A stretch of DNA of 64,000 bases from positions 800,001 through 864,000 of the forward strand of contig CAXXXF010000015.1 of NCBI GenBank assembly GCA_963667175.2, in the 5' to 3' direction. Positions 10,226 through 19,488 of the stretch are shown piece after piece. Made by a program: the position numbers and the translations under genes. How positions within the stretch are numbered: position 1 is the stretch's first letter; the number at the start of each line of letters is the position of its first letter. The DNA is from Candidatus Latescibacterota bacterium (GTDB lineage: Bacteria > Latescibacterota > UBA2968 > GCA-2709665). The notes under the pieces are model-generated. The model saw only the letters and a program-made list of their open reading frames with translations, searched no databases and was not told the origin of the DNA.

Positions 10226-10438
10226 TTGACGTGTTTACCGGTTGGCGGTTGTTGGGGCGGAGCGAGTTGAAGAAAGACTTGGCGAGAGACGGATTCGCGG
10301 AACGGAAGGCGCCGATGCGAAAGGCGAATTGTCTCGCGATTTCGTCACTTGATCGCAGAACAGCCGGAAGATAAATCGGACGGACGTAACCGACTGCAAG
10401 AAGAAGGGCCGTGTGACTCACACGGCCCTTCTTCTTGC
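10226..10438. repeat. ~200-bp dispersed repeat, copy A, ending in a strong hairpin
   Basis: Alignable with 16189-16399, e.g. cacttgatcgc(a/g)gaac(a/t)gccggaa and agaagggccgtgtgac.cacacggcccttct. Confidence 0.8.
10396..10438. terminator. Bidirectional intrinsic terminator-like hairpin
   Basis: Perfect 21-bp inverted repeat gcaagaagaagggccgtgtga-c-tcacacggcccttcttcttgc downstream of the DUF7689-like gene. Confidence 0.75.
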
Positions 10439-10534
10439 TTTGAGCAAAACGAAACGGAGACACTCCGGATTATCGGACGGGTCAACGATGATTTGGGACG
10501 CCTGAGGATTTCCGAGTTCATAAGCTCGAGAAAC

Positions 10535-10577
10535 ATACAACAAAACCGTTGACAACAAAACCGTTGTATCGTATATT
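10535..10577 (+). promoter_or_regulatory. Sigma70 promoter overlapped by a tripartite palindromic operator
   Basis: TTGACA(10549)-17 nt-TATATT(10572). Operator ATACAAC-N6-GTTGACAAC-N6-GTTGTAT at 10535-10569. Confidence 0.75.
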
Positions 10578-10728
10578 TGAACTTGGATTCGCGGAATTCC
10601 AATCCAACCAATTTGGAAGTGTTGCAAGTACAGCTGATGGATATGAGGAGATAGTTAGGCAAGTTGCTGAATATGTGACATAGTGAGCTAAACAGAGAAA
10701 ATAGATATACTTTCATTGGGAGCCAAAT

Positions 10729-11970
10729 ATGAACTCATCCACGGGCCGCTGGGTTAGCGGCGACGACTTTTTCGATCGTGAACGTGAATTGCAGATACTG
10801 GAAACGCGGGTCCGAGACCAAAACCACTTGCTTTTGACCGGACAGCGACGCATGGGAAAGACGAGCATTATCAGGGAACTTGGGCGCAGGCTGGAAGCCG
10901 ATGGTTGGATCTTTCTCTTTGCCGACGTCGAGGGAGCAACTTCCCACGAAGACGCGATCACAGAGATTGCAAGGGCCGCACATCCCGTTCGCTCCATTGC
11001 GTCCCGTTTCGCCGTTGTAATGAAGCGCTTTTTTGGTGAAAACTTCGAGGAGATTACCGCAGTTGATTTTGGCGTGAAGTTCCGTGCCGGATTGAATGAG
11101 GGGAATTGGCGACATCACGGTGCGCAGATGTTTAACGTGTGTGCCGATCAGGATGAACCGGTCCTTTTGGTTATCGACGAGTTGCCGATATTTCTTAAGC
11201 GGATGCTCCAACACGATGAAAATGCGCGACGTGTGGACGAATTCTTGAGTTGGCTGAGGGGCGCGCTTCAGGTTCTCGACAACGATGCTCCTGTCCTCAT
11301 TGTATCCGGCAGTATCGGTCTCGAGCCCCTGGTGCGACAACTCGGGATACCCGACAGGATCAACCATTTCTATCCGTTTCGTCTCGGACCTTGGGACCGT
11401 GAAACAAGCATGAATTGCTTTAACCGTCTTGCGAGCCGTTACGCATTGTCCGTCGCTGGCGGCGTGGCTGGTGCGGTATACGACACACTTGGAATCGGTA
11501 TCCCTCATCATGTTCAGTCTTTTTTCGCCAGGCTGCGAGACCACGCAATCCTGCACGGGCGGGATCGGCTGACGTTGGAAGACGTTGAATTTGTCCATCG
11601 CCATTCGTTACTGGGTCCCTCAGGTCAAAACGACCTCGTACACTATGAGACGCGCCTAAAGGGGGCTCTGGAAGATGAGAGTTACTCTATTGCTATGGAA
11701 GTCCTCGCCGAAGCGGCAGTTGAGGGGGTGTTCACGCCAGACGCTAAGAAATGTCTCGTACGGATGTATTCCAGGCTGGTAAATGACGCAGGCACACGCA
11801 TTGCAGACGTCCTCGAAGTCCTTGAACACGACGGGTATCTCGAATCCAACGACGATGGTCATAGCTTTGCTTCACGTTTGCTGAAAGATTGGTGGACGGC
11901 CCGCTTTCGAGATCACCATGTCCCCATACGAAGCCGCGAATCCAACGAAAGTTCAAGGGAGGGAATGTAA
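10729..11970 (+). CDS. STAND-like P-loop ATPase (AAA family) with C-terminal winged helix
   Basis: F.DRERE N-terminal motif, Walker A GQRRMGKTS, Walker B LLVIDE, IVSGS, C-terminal LEVLEHDGYL..F.S.LLKDWW. Confidence 0.8.
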   Translation: MNSSTGRWVSGDDFFDRERELQILETRVRDQNHLLLTGQRRMGKTSIIRELGRRLEADGWIFLFADVEGATSHEDAITEIARAAHPVRSIASRFAVVMKRFFGENFEEITAVDFGVKFRAGLNEGNWRHHGAQMFNVCADQDEPVLLVIDELPIFLKRMLQHDENARRVDEFLSWLRGALQVLDNDAPVLIVSGSIGLEPLVRQLGIPDRINHFYPFRLGPWDRETSMNCFNRLASRYALSVAGGVAGAVYDTLGIGIPHHVQSFFARLRDHAILHGRDRLTLEDVEFVHRHSLLGPSGQNDLVHYETRLKGALEDESYSIAMEVLAEAAVEGVFTPDAKKCLVRMYSRLVNDAGTRIADVLEVLEHDGYLESNDDGHSFASRLLKDWWTARFRDHHVPIRSRESNESSREGM

Positions 11971-14750
11971 TGACGGGGACTAGACTATCGACGACCAGCC
12001 GAAATCCCCGGATACGAAAATTCAATCCAGGCGCCCATCAGACCGATGGCGAGATAATTGAGCAGTTCGTCGTCCGCGAGCGAGAACTTGATTCTGTACT
12101 TGAGGTCCTCCGTGGAAACGTAGATTCGCCGTCGTGTCAACACGTCCTGGTTGTGGGACCTCGAGGCAGGGGAAAAACCATGCTCCTGGTCCGCGTCGCT
12201 GCGGAGTTGCGGACCGACAGGAGACTCTCACATCGCTTGTTTCCTGTTCGGTTCATGGAAGAAAGCCAGGAGATCTTCGACCTGGCAGACTTCTGGCTGG
12301 AAGCTCTTTTTCATCTCGCCAGGGAAACTGAAGAACGCGATCCAATCCTCTCACGGGATCTGCACAAGACGCACGGCGACCTTTCTTCGCGCTGGCGTGA
12401 AGAGTCGCTCGAAGCGCACGCTCGCGCTGCGGTCCTGGAAGCAGCGGACCGGCTGGACAGGAAACTCGTGCTCATGGTCGAAAACCTGCAATCGCTATGC
12501 GAGAACGTGGACGACGATTTCGGCTGGAAGCTCAGAGGAGCGCTGCAGTCCGAACCCGAGATCATGCTGCTCGCGTCCGCTACGACCAGGTTCGAAGGCC
12601 TGGACGACGCAGACCAGCCGTTTTTCGAACTGTTCCGGACCATCAACCTGCAGCAGCTGGATACGGATGAGTGCCGCCTGCTGTGGCACGTCGTCAGCGG
12701 AGACACAGTGAGTTCACGTGAGATCAGGCCGTTACAGATCCTTACGGGCGGCAACCCGCGGCTTCTTGTCATCGTCGCCGAATTCGCGAGGCACAGGTCC
12801 CTGCGCTTGCTGATGGAAGAACTGGTTACGTTGATCGACGAGCATACAGAGTATTTTCGAGGACACCTCGAAGTTCTGGCAAAGACTGAACGGCGGGTTT
12901 ACGTCTCGGTGATCGACCTCTGGCAGCGATCGAGTGCCGGAGAAATAGCGACACGCGCACGTATGGACGTACGTGTCGTGTCCACGATGCTGGGCAGACT
13001 CGTCGACCGCGGCGCCGTGATCGCGGAAGGCCGCGGAAGGAAGAGATTGTACGCACCCGCCGAACCACTCTACTGCATCTATTACAAACTCCGACGTGAG
13101 CGGGACGAGGCAGCTGTCGTGGAAAATCTGATCCAATTTATGGTGACGTTTTACGGCATTCACGAGTTGGACTGGATTCGCGACCAGCTATACTCGGAGG
13201 CAATCAAATCCAAGGTCTTCCACGCTGGATTAGGTCGGGCACTTGCTGTAATGCAACCTGTGGAGGACGTTGAATCGCGAACGAAATGGGATATCGTAAG
13301 AGACGCAGCGGACAAGGTTTCGACCTACCGGCAGGGGTTGGCTGAGCGGCAGATTGAGGAAGACATCATCGCAGCGTTCCAGGAACGGGATTGGCGGAAA
13401 GCCATTGAAATCGTCAACGAAGTGTTCAAGTCCCGTAACGGCGTGTCATTGCACATGTCTGAGGCATTCATCGCACGCGTCTTGTATTGTCAGGCTGAAG
13501 CACAAGAACAACTGGGACAATTCCACGCGGTGATCTCGACATGCGAGGAGGTGGCGGCAAGGTTCGGGGAGAGCGCCTTGTCAGGTCTCCAGAAGTGGGT
13601 TGCAGTGGCATTGATCGTTGGCGGAAGAGCAAAGAAGGAACTGGGCGACTTAAAGGGGGCAATTGAAGCTTGCGAGGAGGTGGTGGCAAGAATTGGGAAG
13701 AGCACCGTGTCAGATCACCAGGGGTTGGTCGCCGAGGCGTTGTTAGACATGGAGAGAATGAGAAGTGAACTGGGCGACCTGGGCGGCGCCGTTGCCGTAT
13801 GCGAGGAGGTGGTGGCAAGGTTCGGGGAGAGTGAGAAAGCAGATGTCCGGAGGCGGGTTGCCGCGGCTTTGGTAGACCTGGGAAGCGCGAAAAAGGAATT
13901 GGGCGATCCGGACGGAGCAATCGCCGCGTGGGACGACGTGGTCCGTCGATATGGCGATACCGAGGTGTCAGGTCTCGAGTGGTGGGTCGCGTTGGCTTTG
14001 ATCGCCAAGGGAAGCGCGAAAAAGGAATTGGACGATGCGGATGGAGCAATCGCAACGTGGGACGAGGTGGTCCGGCGATATGGCGATACCGACGCGTCAG
14101 ATGCACACTGGTGGGTGGCGCAGGCTTTGATCGACAAGGGAAGCGCAAAAGAGGAATTGGACGATGCGGATGGAGCGATTGCCGTGTGGGATGAGGTGGT
14201 CCGGCGATATGGCAATACCGACGTGTCGGATCTTCAACAACGGGTCGTCGTTGCGTTGGTAAACAAGGGGTTGAGGCAAGCCGAGATGGGTCGATCCGTC
14301 GAAGCACTGCGCGTCTGTGATGAGCTCAAAACAAGGATTTGTGCCCTTCCTGAATCCGAGGATGGACGACACAATTGGGGAATGCTGTGTGTGCGCGCAC
14401 TTGCGTATATGGTCGAGAAGAAGCAAGATGCCGCTCTGCAGGCGTTTCGCTCTGCGTTCGCCGAGTTTTCGCACCGCAACGAAATCTCAATGCGAGAGAT
14501 GCTGAAGATAGTACCTAACCTGGTCGCAGCGGGCGCTTCGGAGCGCGAGCTTGTCGCGATCCTGACGAGCGATACAGTGAAATCCCGTGCCCTTGCGCCC
14601 CTCATCGTCGCCCTCCGTGAGCGCTTGGGAGAGACGGTTCGCGCGCCGGCGGAAGTGCGCGAGGTGGCCGCGGATGTGCGAGAGCAAATCGACGAACGCG
14701 TGCGGAATTGGGCGGAAGCAACGACGGATTCACCCGAAGGCGACGGATGA
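11970..14750 (+). CDS. STAND-like ATPase + winged-helix + TPR-repeat protein
   Basis: FVVRERE, Walker A GPRGRGKT, variant Walker B LMVENLQ, TGGNPR (GxP), wHTH VVSTMLGRLVDRGAV, about 7 TPR-like 40-aa repeats. ATG overlaps the upstream stop (TAATG). Confidence 0.82.
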   Translation: MTGTRLSTTSRNPRIRKFNPGAHQTDGEIIEQFVVRERELDSVLEVLRGNVDSPSCQHVLVVGPRGRGKTMLLVRVAAELRTDRRLSHRLFPVRFMEESQEIFDLADFWLEALFHLARETEERDPILSRDLHKTHGDLSSRWREESLEAHARAAVLEAADRLDRKLVLMVENLQSLCENVDDDFGWKLRGALQSEPEIMLLASATTRFEGLDDADQPFFELFRTINLQQLDTDECRLLWHVVSGDTVSSREIRPLQILTGGNPRLLVIVAEFARHRSLRLLMEELVTLIDEHTEYFRGHLEVLAKTERRVYVSVIDLWQRSSAGEIATRARMDVRVVSTMLGRLVDRGAVIAEGRGRKRLYAPAEPLYCIYYKLRRERDEAAVVENLIQFMVTFYGIHELDWIRDQLYSEAIKSKVFHAGLGRALAVMQPVEDVESRTKWDIVRDAADKVSTYRQGLAERQIEEDIIAAFQERDWRKAIEIVNEVFKSRNGVSLHMSEAFIARVLYCQAEAQEQLGQFHAVISTCEEVAARFGESALSGLQKWVAVALIVGGRAKKELGDLKGAIEACEEVVARIGKSTVSDHQGLVAEALLDMERMRSELGDLGGAVAVCEEVVARFGESEKADVRRRVAAALVDLGSAKKELGDPDGAIAAWDDVVRRYGDTEVSGLEWWVALALIAKGSAKKELDDADGAIATWDEVVRRYGDTDASDAHWWVAQALIDKGSAKEELDDADGAIAVWDEVVRRYGNTDVSDLQQRVVVALVNKGLRQAEMGRSVEALRVCDELKTRICALPESEDGRHNWGMLCVRALAYMVEKKQDAALQAFRSAFAEFSHRNEISMREMLKIVPNLVAAGASERELVAILTSDTVKSRALAPLIVALRERLGETVRAPAEVREVAADVREQIDERVRNWAEATTDSPEGDG
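13520..14300 (+). repeat. Intragenic 120-nt tandem repeats (40-aa TPR-like units)
   Basis: Recurrent gaggaggtggtggcaagg / gacgaggtggtccggcgatatggc and ggaagcgcgaaaaaggaattgg at a 120-nt period. Confidence 0.85.
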
Positions 14751-14831
14751 GGCACAGAAGCGGAGGGATTGCTCGGTAACATTTGGGCGGAATCGCGAAG
14801 GGAGATTTCGCCCTATCGGCGCCCAATCGGG

Positions 14832-14859
14832 TTGACAGCAACCGATTTTGGATTAGATT
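14832..14859 (+). promoter_or_regulatory. Putative sigma70 promoter of the Cache-domain gene
   Basis: TTGACA-16 nt-TAGATT. The context (ccaat.gggttgacag...tagattt) is similar to 19405-19433. Confidence 0.5.
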
Positions 14860-14956
14860 TTTTTAGTGAGAAACGCGCGGAGATGAATCTGTCTCGCCGC
14901 GGCCCATGGGATTTCCATCGATCAAGTCGTATTTCAACCTGAGATCCGGGGATTTT

Positions 14957-16192
14957 ATGAAACCGATCGTATATGCTGGCCTGTTCGGGTGCCTACTGGG
15001 CGCCGCCAATATCTTTGCCGGTGCGGATCCCGCCAATGCACAGGAAACATCCGTAACGGCCGGAGACGTCACGAACGAGGACCCTGCAACGCTTCGCGCA
15101 TTCGTGGAGTACGCAAAGTCCCAACTCGATGACGTCGCCTCCTCCGACGAGTTGGCCGTCCTGTGGGGCAGTATGCGTCTCGACGGGGATTGGAAGTCAG
15201 GCAATACATATCTGGTTGTTCTCAACAGCCGGGGGTCCGTTCTGTTCCACGCCGGTCAGTCCGATGCAGAGGGAAAGACCCTGCGCTGGCTCGTCGACGC
15301 CAGGAGAGACAGCATTGGAAAGAATATCCTGAGGGAGGCGGCTGCCGGGGGCGGCTTCGTCGGTTACTACTGGGACGATCCTGCCGTGGAGGGAGACGAC
15401 AGCGGCCACCCCAAGGTGGCCTATGCCACGCAGCTTTTCTCGGAAGTAACCAACGAGAATCATATCGTGGTCGGCGGCTTCTACCGGGATCTTGCCGATC
15501 TACCCGTCGACCCGGGCGTTTCCGTTCCTCGCCCGGACATCACGGCCAGCGAGGTGGTGGACCGCGAGACCCTGAAAGCCTTTGTCGAAAGCGCCCTCAA
15601 GGCCTTTTCCGCTGCGCTTGAGACGATCGGGCTGGAAAGGGTGGGTCAGATCAGGGACATCTTCCGGGACGAGGGAGGGTACTGGAAGCACGGTTCAATA
15701 TACGCCTTTGTCGTTACAACCGCCGGATACGTGGTCTTTCATGGGGCGGATCCGGAGCGCGAGGGTCGACTTGCAGACATGGATATCGAAGACGCCAACG
15801 GCGTGAAGATCGTTCAAGAACTCTTCAGGGCGGCGCGGGAGGGCGGTGGGTTCGTAGAGTATACGTGGGACGATCCAACCGTGGACGAGGACGGAGACGG
15901 CGAGCTGTTGGGCGACACGGTAGGCTCATTCAAGGTGAGTTACGCGCTGCTCCATACCCATCTTGGGGTAGAGTACGTCGTCGCCGCCGGCATCTACCGG
16001 CGAGGGCCCGATTTCGACGAGGACGGTTCAGTGGGTTTCAGCGACTTTCTGCTGTTTGCCAGGCATTACGGGTTGAACAGGAATGACGCGGGTTTCGACG
16101 GTTTGTACGATCTCAATAGCGATGATGAAATCGGATTTCAGGATTTCGTGCTCTTTGCGACGGACTTCGGGAAACGGGTGCGATCGAATTGA
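14957..16192 (+). CDS. Secreted tandem Cache-domain protein with C-terminal dockerin-like EF-hand pair
   Basis: Signal peptide. Two repeats of TLxAFVE..W..G..Y..V....G.V.FH...EG....D..G..I...AA.GGGFV.Y.WDDP. C-terminus PDFDEDGSVGFSDFLLFA..YDLNSDDEIGFQDFVLFA.DFG. No TM or output domain. Confidence 0.8.
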   Translation: MKPIVYAGLFGCLLGAANIFAGADPANAQETSVTAGDVTNEDPATLRAFVEYAKSQLDDVASSDELAVLWGSMRLDGDWKSGNTYLVVLNSRGSVLFHAGQSDAEGKTLRWLVDARRDSIGKNILREAAAGGGFVGYYWDDPAVEGDDSGHPKVAYATQLFSEVTNENHIVVGGFYRDLADLPVDPGVSVPRPDITASEVVDRETLKAFVESALKAFSAALETIGLERVGQIRDIFRDEGGYWKHGSIYAFVVTTAGYVVFHGADPEREGRLADMDIEDANGVKIVQELFRAAREGGGFVEYTWDDPTVDEDGDGELLGDTVGSFKVSYALLHTHLGVEYVVAAGIYRRGPDFDEDGSVGFSDFLLFARHYGLNRNDAGFDGLYDLNSDDEIGFQDFVLFATDFGKRVRSN

Positions 16193-16399
16193 CGGCATGT
16201 TTGGCCGCGGGTTGTTGCGGCGGCGCCGAGTGAGCAGAAAATGGAGGTGGGGAGGGGCGTATTCACGGAGAGGAAAGCGGCGACGCGAACAGCGAATCGG
16301 CTCGCCGTTTCGGCACTTGATCGCGGAACTGCCGGAAAATGAATGGGCGGGCATAACCCGTTCCAAAAAGAAGGGCCGTGTGACGCACACGGCCCTTCT
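16189..16399. repeat. ~200-bp dispersed repeat, copy B, with bidirectional terminator hairpin (16369-16399)
   Basis: Similar to 10226-10438. The 14-bp stem agaagggccgtgtg-acg-cacacggcccttct lies between convergent genes. Confidence 0.8.
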
Positions 16400-16443
16400 C
16401 GCGTTGGTGATCGTGGAACGGCGAATCCCCGGCGACGTGGTTT

Positions 16444-18801
16444 TCAGTTCACCGTAAAGGTGTTCTCGCTGGCGTACGTCCCCCTCTCGCCGTCGATGGT
16501 AATCTCGGCGACCATCCTGTACGCCCCTGCGCCGGTGGCCGAGTAAGGGCACAGGCCCACGCGCAGCGTGCGCTCAATATCCGTCCATGAATCCCCCTCT
16601 TTCAGTTGCCATTTCGACGTGTGGGTCGTGTAGGTCGCGCCGTCAAGGGAAATACCGATGAGGGTGATGCATTGCTCCGTTGTCGATAGAGCCAGGAATT
16701 CAACCCCGCCGTTCGACACGCGAAGCCCGGCCAACGGCTTTGTTTCCACCGGCGTTGTCGTCGTTTCTTCGCAATTCTTGCCGGTGGCCCGGTCGATCCC
16801 TTCAAGCCACGACTGGAAACCCTCGTCGAGCGGGGCGCATAGCCCCGTGGCGTGAAACTGCAGATGTTCCATGCCGTTCAGGTTGGTCAGGCTGAACGGT
16901 AGCGCGCCATTGAGATCCGCATTATCGTTGACCCACAACTGCGCGAGTTTGGACAGGTTGCCCATGGACTCGGGAATCTCGCCGCTCAACGTGTTTTCGG
17001 AAAGGTCCAGCCATACCAGGGTGGACAATTTGCCCAATTCCGAGGGGATAGGACCGGTCAGCTTGTTGGCGGCGATCCAGAGCACCTCGATGGAGGACAT
17101 ATCGGCCAGTTCAACCGGTATCGCGCCACTCAGTTCGTTCTTGTCCAGTTCCAGCCACCTGAGCTCGTCTGACCTGCTGAACTCGGACGGAATCTCGCCC
17201 GTCAGTTTGTTTTCATTCAATCTGAGAACTTCCAGGACGGCGACGTTGGCCAGTTCCGGGGGAATGGGTCCGGTGAGTTCGTTTTCGTTGAGGTAGAGCC
17301 GCTGGAGGTGGGTCAGATTGCCAAGCGCCCCTGGAATCTCGCCGGACAGTTTGTTCGAGCTGAGCCATATCATATTCACGTTGGTCATGTCGCCCAGTTC
17401 GGCGGGTATGGCGCCGGTCAGTTCGTTTTCAGAGAAATCCAGAAATAACAGATTCGTCAGCTTGCCTAATTCTGCAGGTATTGCGCCGCTCAACGCATTT
17501 TTCCAGATCCACAGGATCTTGAGATTGGAAAGTTCTCCAAATTCGGCGGGTATCGTACCGCTCAACTCGTTTGCGTCGAGATTCAGCCAACGCAGTTCGG
17601 AGAGGGTTCCTAATTCGGGGGGTATGGTCCCGCTCAACTGGTTGGTGTTGAGAGCCATCGATCTGAGATCGGACAGGTTTCCCAGTTCGACGGGTATCGT
17701 ACCGTTCAACGCGTTCCGGTGCAAAAAGAGCGCTTCATTAAGGGTGAGATTTCCCAATTCAGGGGGAATGGGACCAGCCAGGCCGTTCCTTTGAAGGTAA
17801 AGGCGTCTCAGATGGGACAGGCTGCCCAGTTCAGACGGGATTTCGCCGGTCAGGTTGTTGTCGCTCAGGTTTACGACGGAAACGCGACCGTCGAAGGCGA
17901 TCACGCCATGCCACGTGGAAACATGCTTATCGGTCAGCCAGTTTGTCCTCTCCGACCAGTTGTCTCCGCCCGTCGATCTGTAAAGCGCCACCAGGGCGTC
18001 GCGCTCCGCGGGGTCCACGAGCGGGGCGGGCGGCGGGAGTTCCTTTCCGAACTGGGCGGAGAATTCGAGAAAATCGCCGAACGCGACCGATCCGTCGCCA
18101 TCCAGATCGAACCTTCCGTCAAAGGCATCGTCCTCCTGCTGAGATCCGAAGTTGCTCCCCAAAAGCAAAAAGTCGGAGAATGCGACCGTACCGTCGCCGT
18201 CGAAGTCGGCGCGGTGCACGTCAAGGCCGGGAGACGGCGTCGCCGTACTGTCCTGCAGAGAAATATCGACGTCGAACGACGCGGTTTCCTCCCGGTAACG
18301 ACCCAGGGAGATTTCTCCGTGGGCCAACCGGATCGTGGTGCTCGAAAACGATTCAGACGTGCGAAAACGCGCGTTACCCACAAGGCCGGCGCTGGGGGTG
18401 GCGCGGCTCGCGAACGGCCAGACCGTGATCTCCACGGACGTCGGGTGCGTCTCTTCACTCGGTACCGCCACGGCATTGGTCATGATCCCGCCGACGTCGA
18501 ACCCGTCGAAGAGGACCTGGCGCGCGTCGTACTCGAAACGCATGGTTAGCGCGGTTGCCCCCTGGATGTCATCGCCGAAAACCTGTATGGAAACGACGTC
18601 CTCCGCGGAGACTTCAAGAGACGTGGCGCCCTGATCGCCCTCCGCCGCATCCAGGTCGGGAGACAGCGTAAACGGACTCTGAGAAGAAATCGGCTGCGGG
18701 GCAATCCACAGGACCAGGGCGATGATTGCAAAGAACAACACAACCGACGCGCCGAAGTAACGGGTGGGCCAACGAGAGGGATGAATTCTCAACTCGGACA
18801 T
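16444..18801 (-). CDS. Secreted cohesin-like + dockerin-like + plant-type LRR protein
   Basis: N-terminal hydrophobic signal. Beta-sandwich with F.YD...V.F. Paired DFDGDGTVAFSDF / DLDGDGSVAFGDF. LRR N-cap ERDALVALY.ST.G.NW. About 14 24-aa LxLxxNxLxGxIPxELGxL repeats and a C-cap LCAP. Confidence 0.85.
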   Translation of the reverse strand: MSELRIHPSRWPTRYFGASVVLFFAIIALVLWIAPQPISSQSPFTLSPDLDAAEGDQGATSLEVSAEDVVSIQVFGDDIQGATALTMRFEYDARQVLFDGFDVGGIMTNAVAVPSEETHPTSVEITVWPFASRATPSAGLVGNARFRTSESFSSTTIRLAHGEISLGRYREETASFDVDISLQDSTATPSPGLDVHRADFDGDGTVAFSDFLLLGSNFGSQQEDDAFDGRFDLDGDGSVAFGDFLEFSAQFGKELPPPAPLVDPAERDALVALYRSTGGDNWSERTNWLTDKHVSTWHGVIAFDGRVSVVNLSDNNLTGEIPSELGSLSHLRRLYLQRNGLAGPIPPELGNLTLNEALFLHRNALNGTIPVELGNLSDLRSMALNTNQLSGTIPPELGTLSELRWLNLDANELSGTIPAEFGELSNLKILWIWKNALSGAIPAELGKLTNLLFLDFSENELTGAIPAELGDMTNVNMIWLSSNKLSGEIPGALGNLTHLQRLYLNENELTGPIPPELANVAVLEVLRLNENKLTGEIPSEFSRSDELRWLELDKNELSGAIPVELADMSSIEVLWIAANKLTGPIPSELGKLSTLVWLDLSENTLSGEIPESMGNLSKLAQLWVNDNADLNGALPFSLTNLNGMEHLQFHATGLCAPLDEGFQSWLEGIDRATGKNCEETTTTPVETKPLAGLRVSNGGVEFLALSTTEQCITLIGISLDGATYTTHTSKWQLKEGDSWTDIERTLRVGLCPYSATGAGAYRMVAEITIDGERGTYASENTFTVN

Positions 18802-19223
18802 GGTTTCGATTCTCCTGATTCAATCCTGTCGTTCTATTTGGAAAATAACGTCAGAAACTACGAAACACGCGAAAAAACCGAAAAATCCGTGACTGAGATC
18901 AATTGTCACAAGAGGCCTGCATGCATGCAGGCGCAAAACCACAATGTTGCGCGTCAGCCTGGCAAGGCGACGATTTTCATCATTAATGGGGGCACCAAAG
19001 GGGCATGACAACTGCTTTCTCACATTTAACATAAGGGATTCCCCCGGATTCATCAAGGGTATACCGGGTTGAATATTCCTCGCCGATTACGCAGACGCTC
19101 CGGGCTCTCCCAATCTCGAATCGTCAATCGAACCATCGGCTGTGAGACGCGAGCCCGTTTACTCAACACGGCGGCGATTTCCCACAGGGTTCCACGAGAC
19201 ACCTGCAATCGCTGAATCAATTG

Positions 19224-19258
19224 ATACAACGAAATCGTTGACAACATTTCTGTTGTAT
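19224..19258. promoter_or_regulatory. Second copy of the tripartite palindromic operator
   Basis: ATACAAC-GAAATC-GTTGACAAC-ATTTCT-GTTGTAT, with the same architecture as 10535-10569. Confidence 0.7.
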
Positions 19259-19404
19259 TCTGGCTTGTTCGTTCCGGATCCACCTCTCAGGACGGAGCTA
19301 TTGCTGATTTTCCGCAGACAGCGGCCGGACGATCTCGCGTAAGAAATCAAGCCGACGGCGGCCTTTCGCACACGTCCGCGTCGTCTGAGCCTCGTCCAAT
19401 GGGG

Positions 19405-19433
19405 TTGACAGTAGCGTACTTATGCGATAGATT
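19405..19433 (+). promoter_or_regulatory. Putative sigma70 promoter
   Basis: TTGACA-17 nt-TAGATT, about 55 nt upstream of an RBS (taaggag) and ATG 19489. Confidence 0.55.
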
Positions 19434-19488
19434 TCGTGTAGGAATCGTTCGTTGTGGAACAGAACAGGCCATTCTAAGGAGTAAGCCT

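Noticed and set aside
10226-10438. Possible integron attC sites in the 200-bp repeats
   Set aside because: There are no RYYYAAC/GTTRRRY box pairs at the ends and no integron integrase.
13520-14300. Regularly spaced repeats resembling a CRISPR array or a DGR TR/VR pair
   Set aside because: They are in-frame coding TPR units. There are no unique spacers, cas genes, reverse transcriptase or adenine-specific mismatch pattern.
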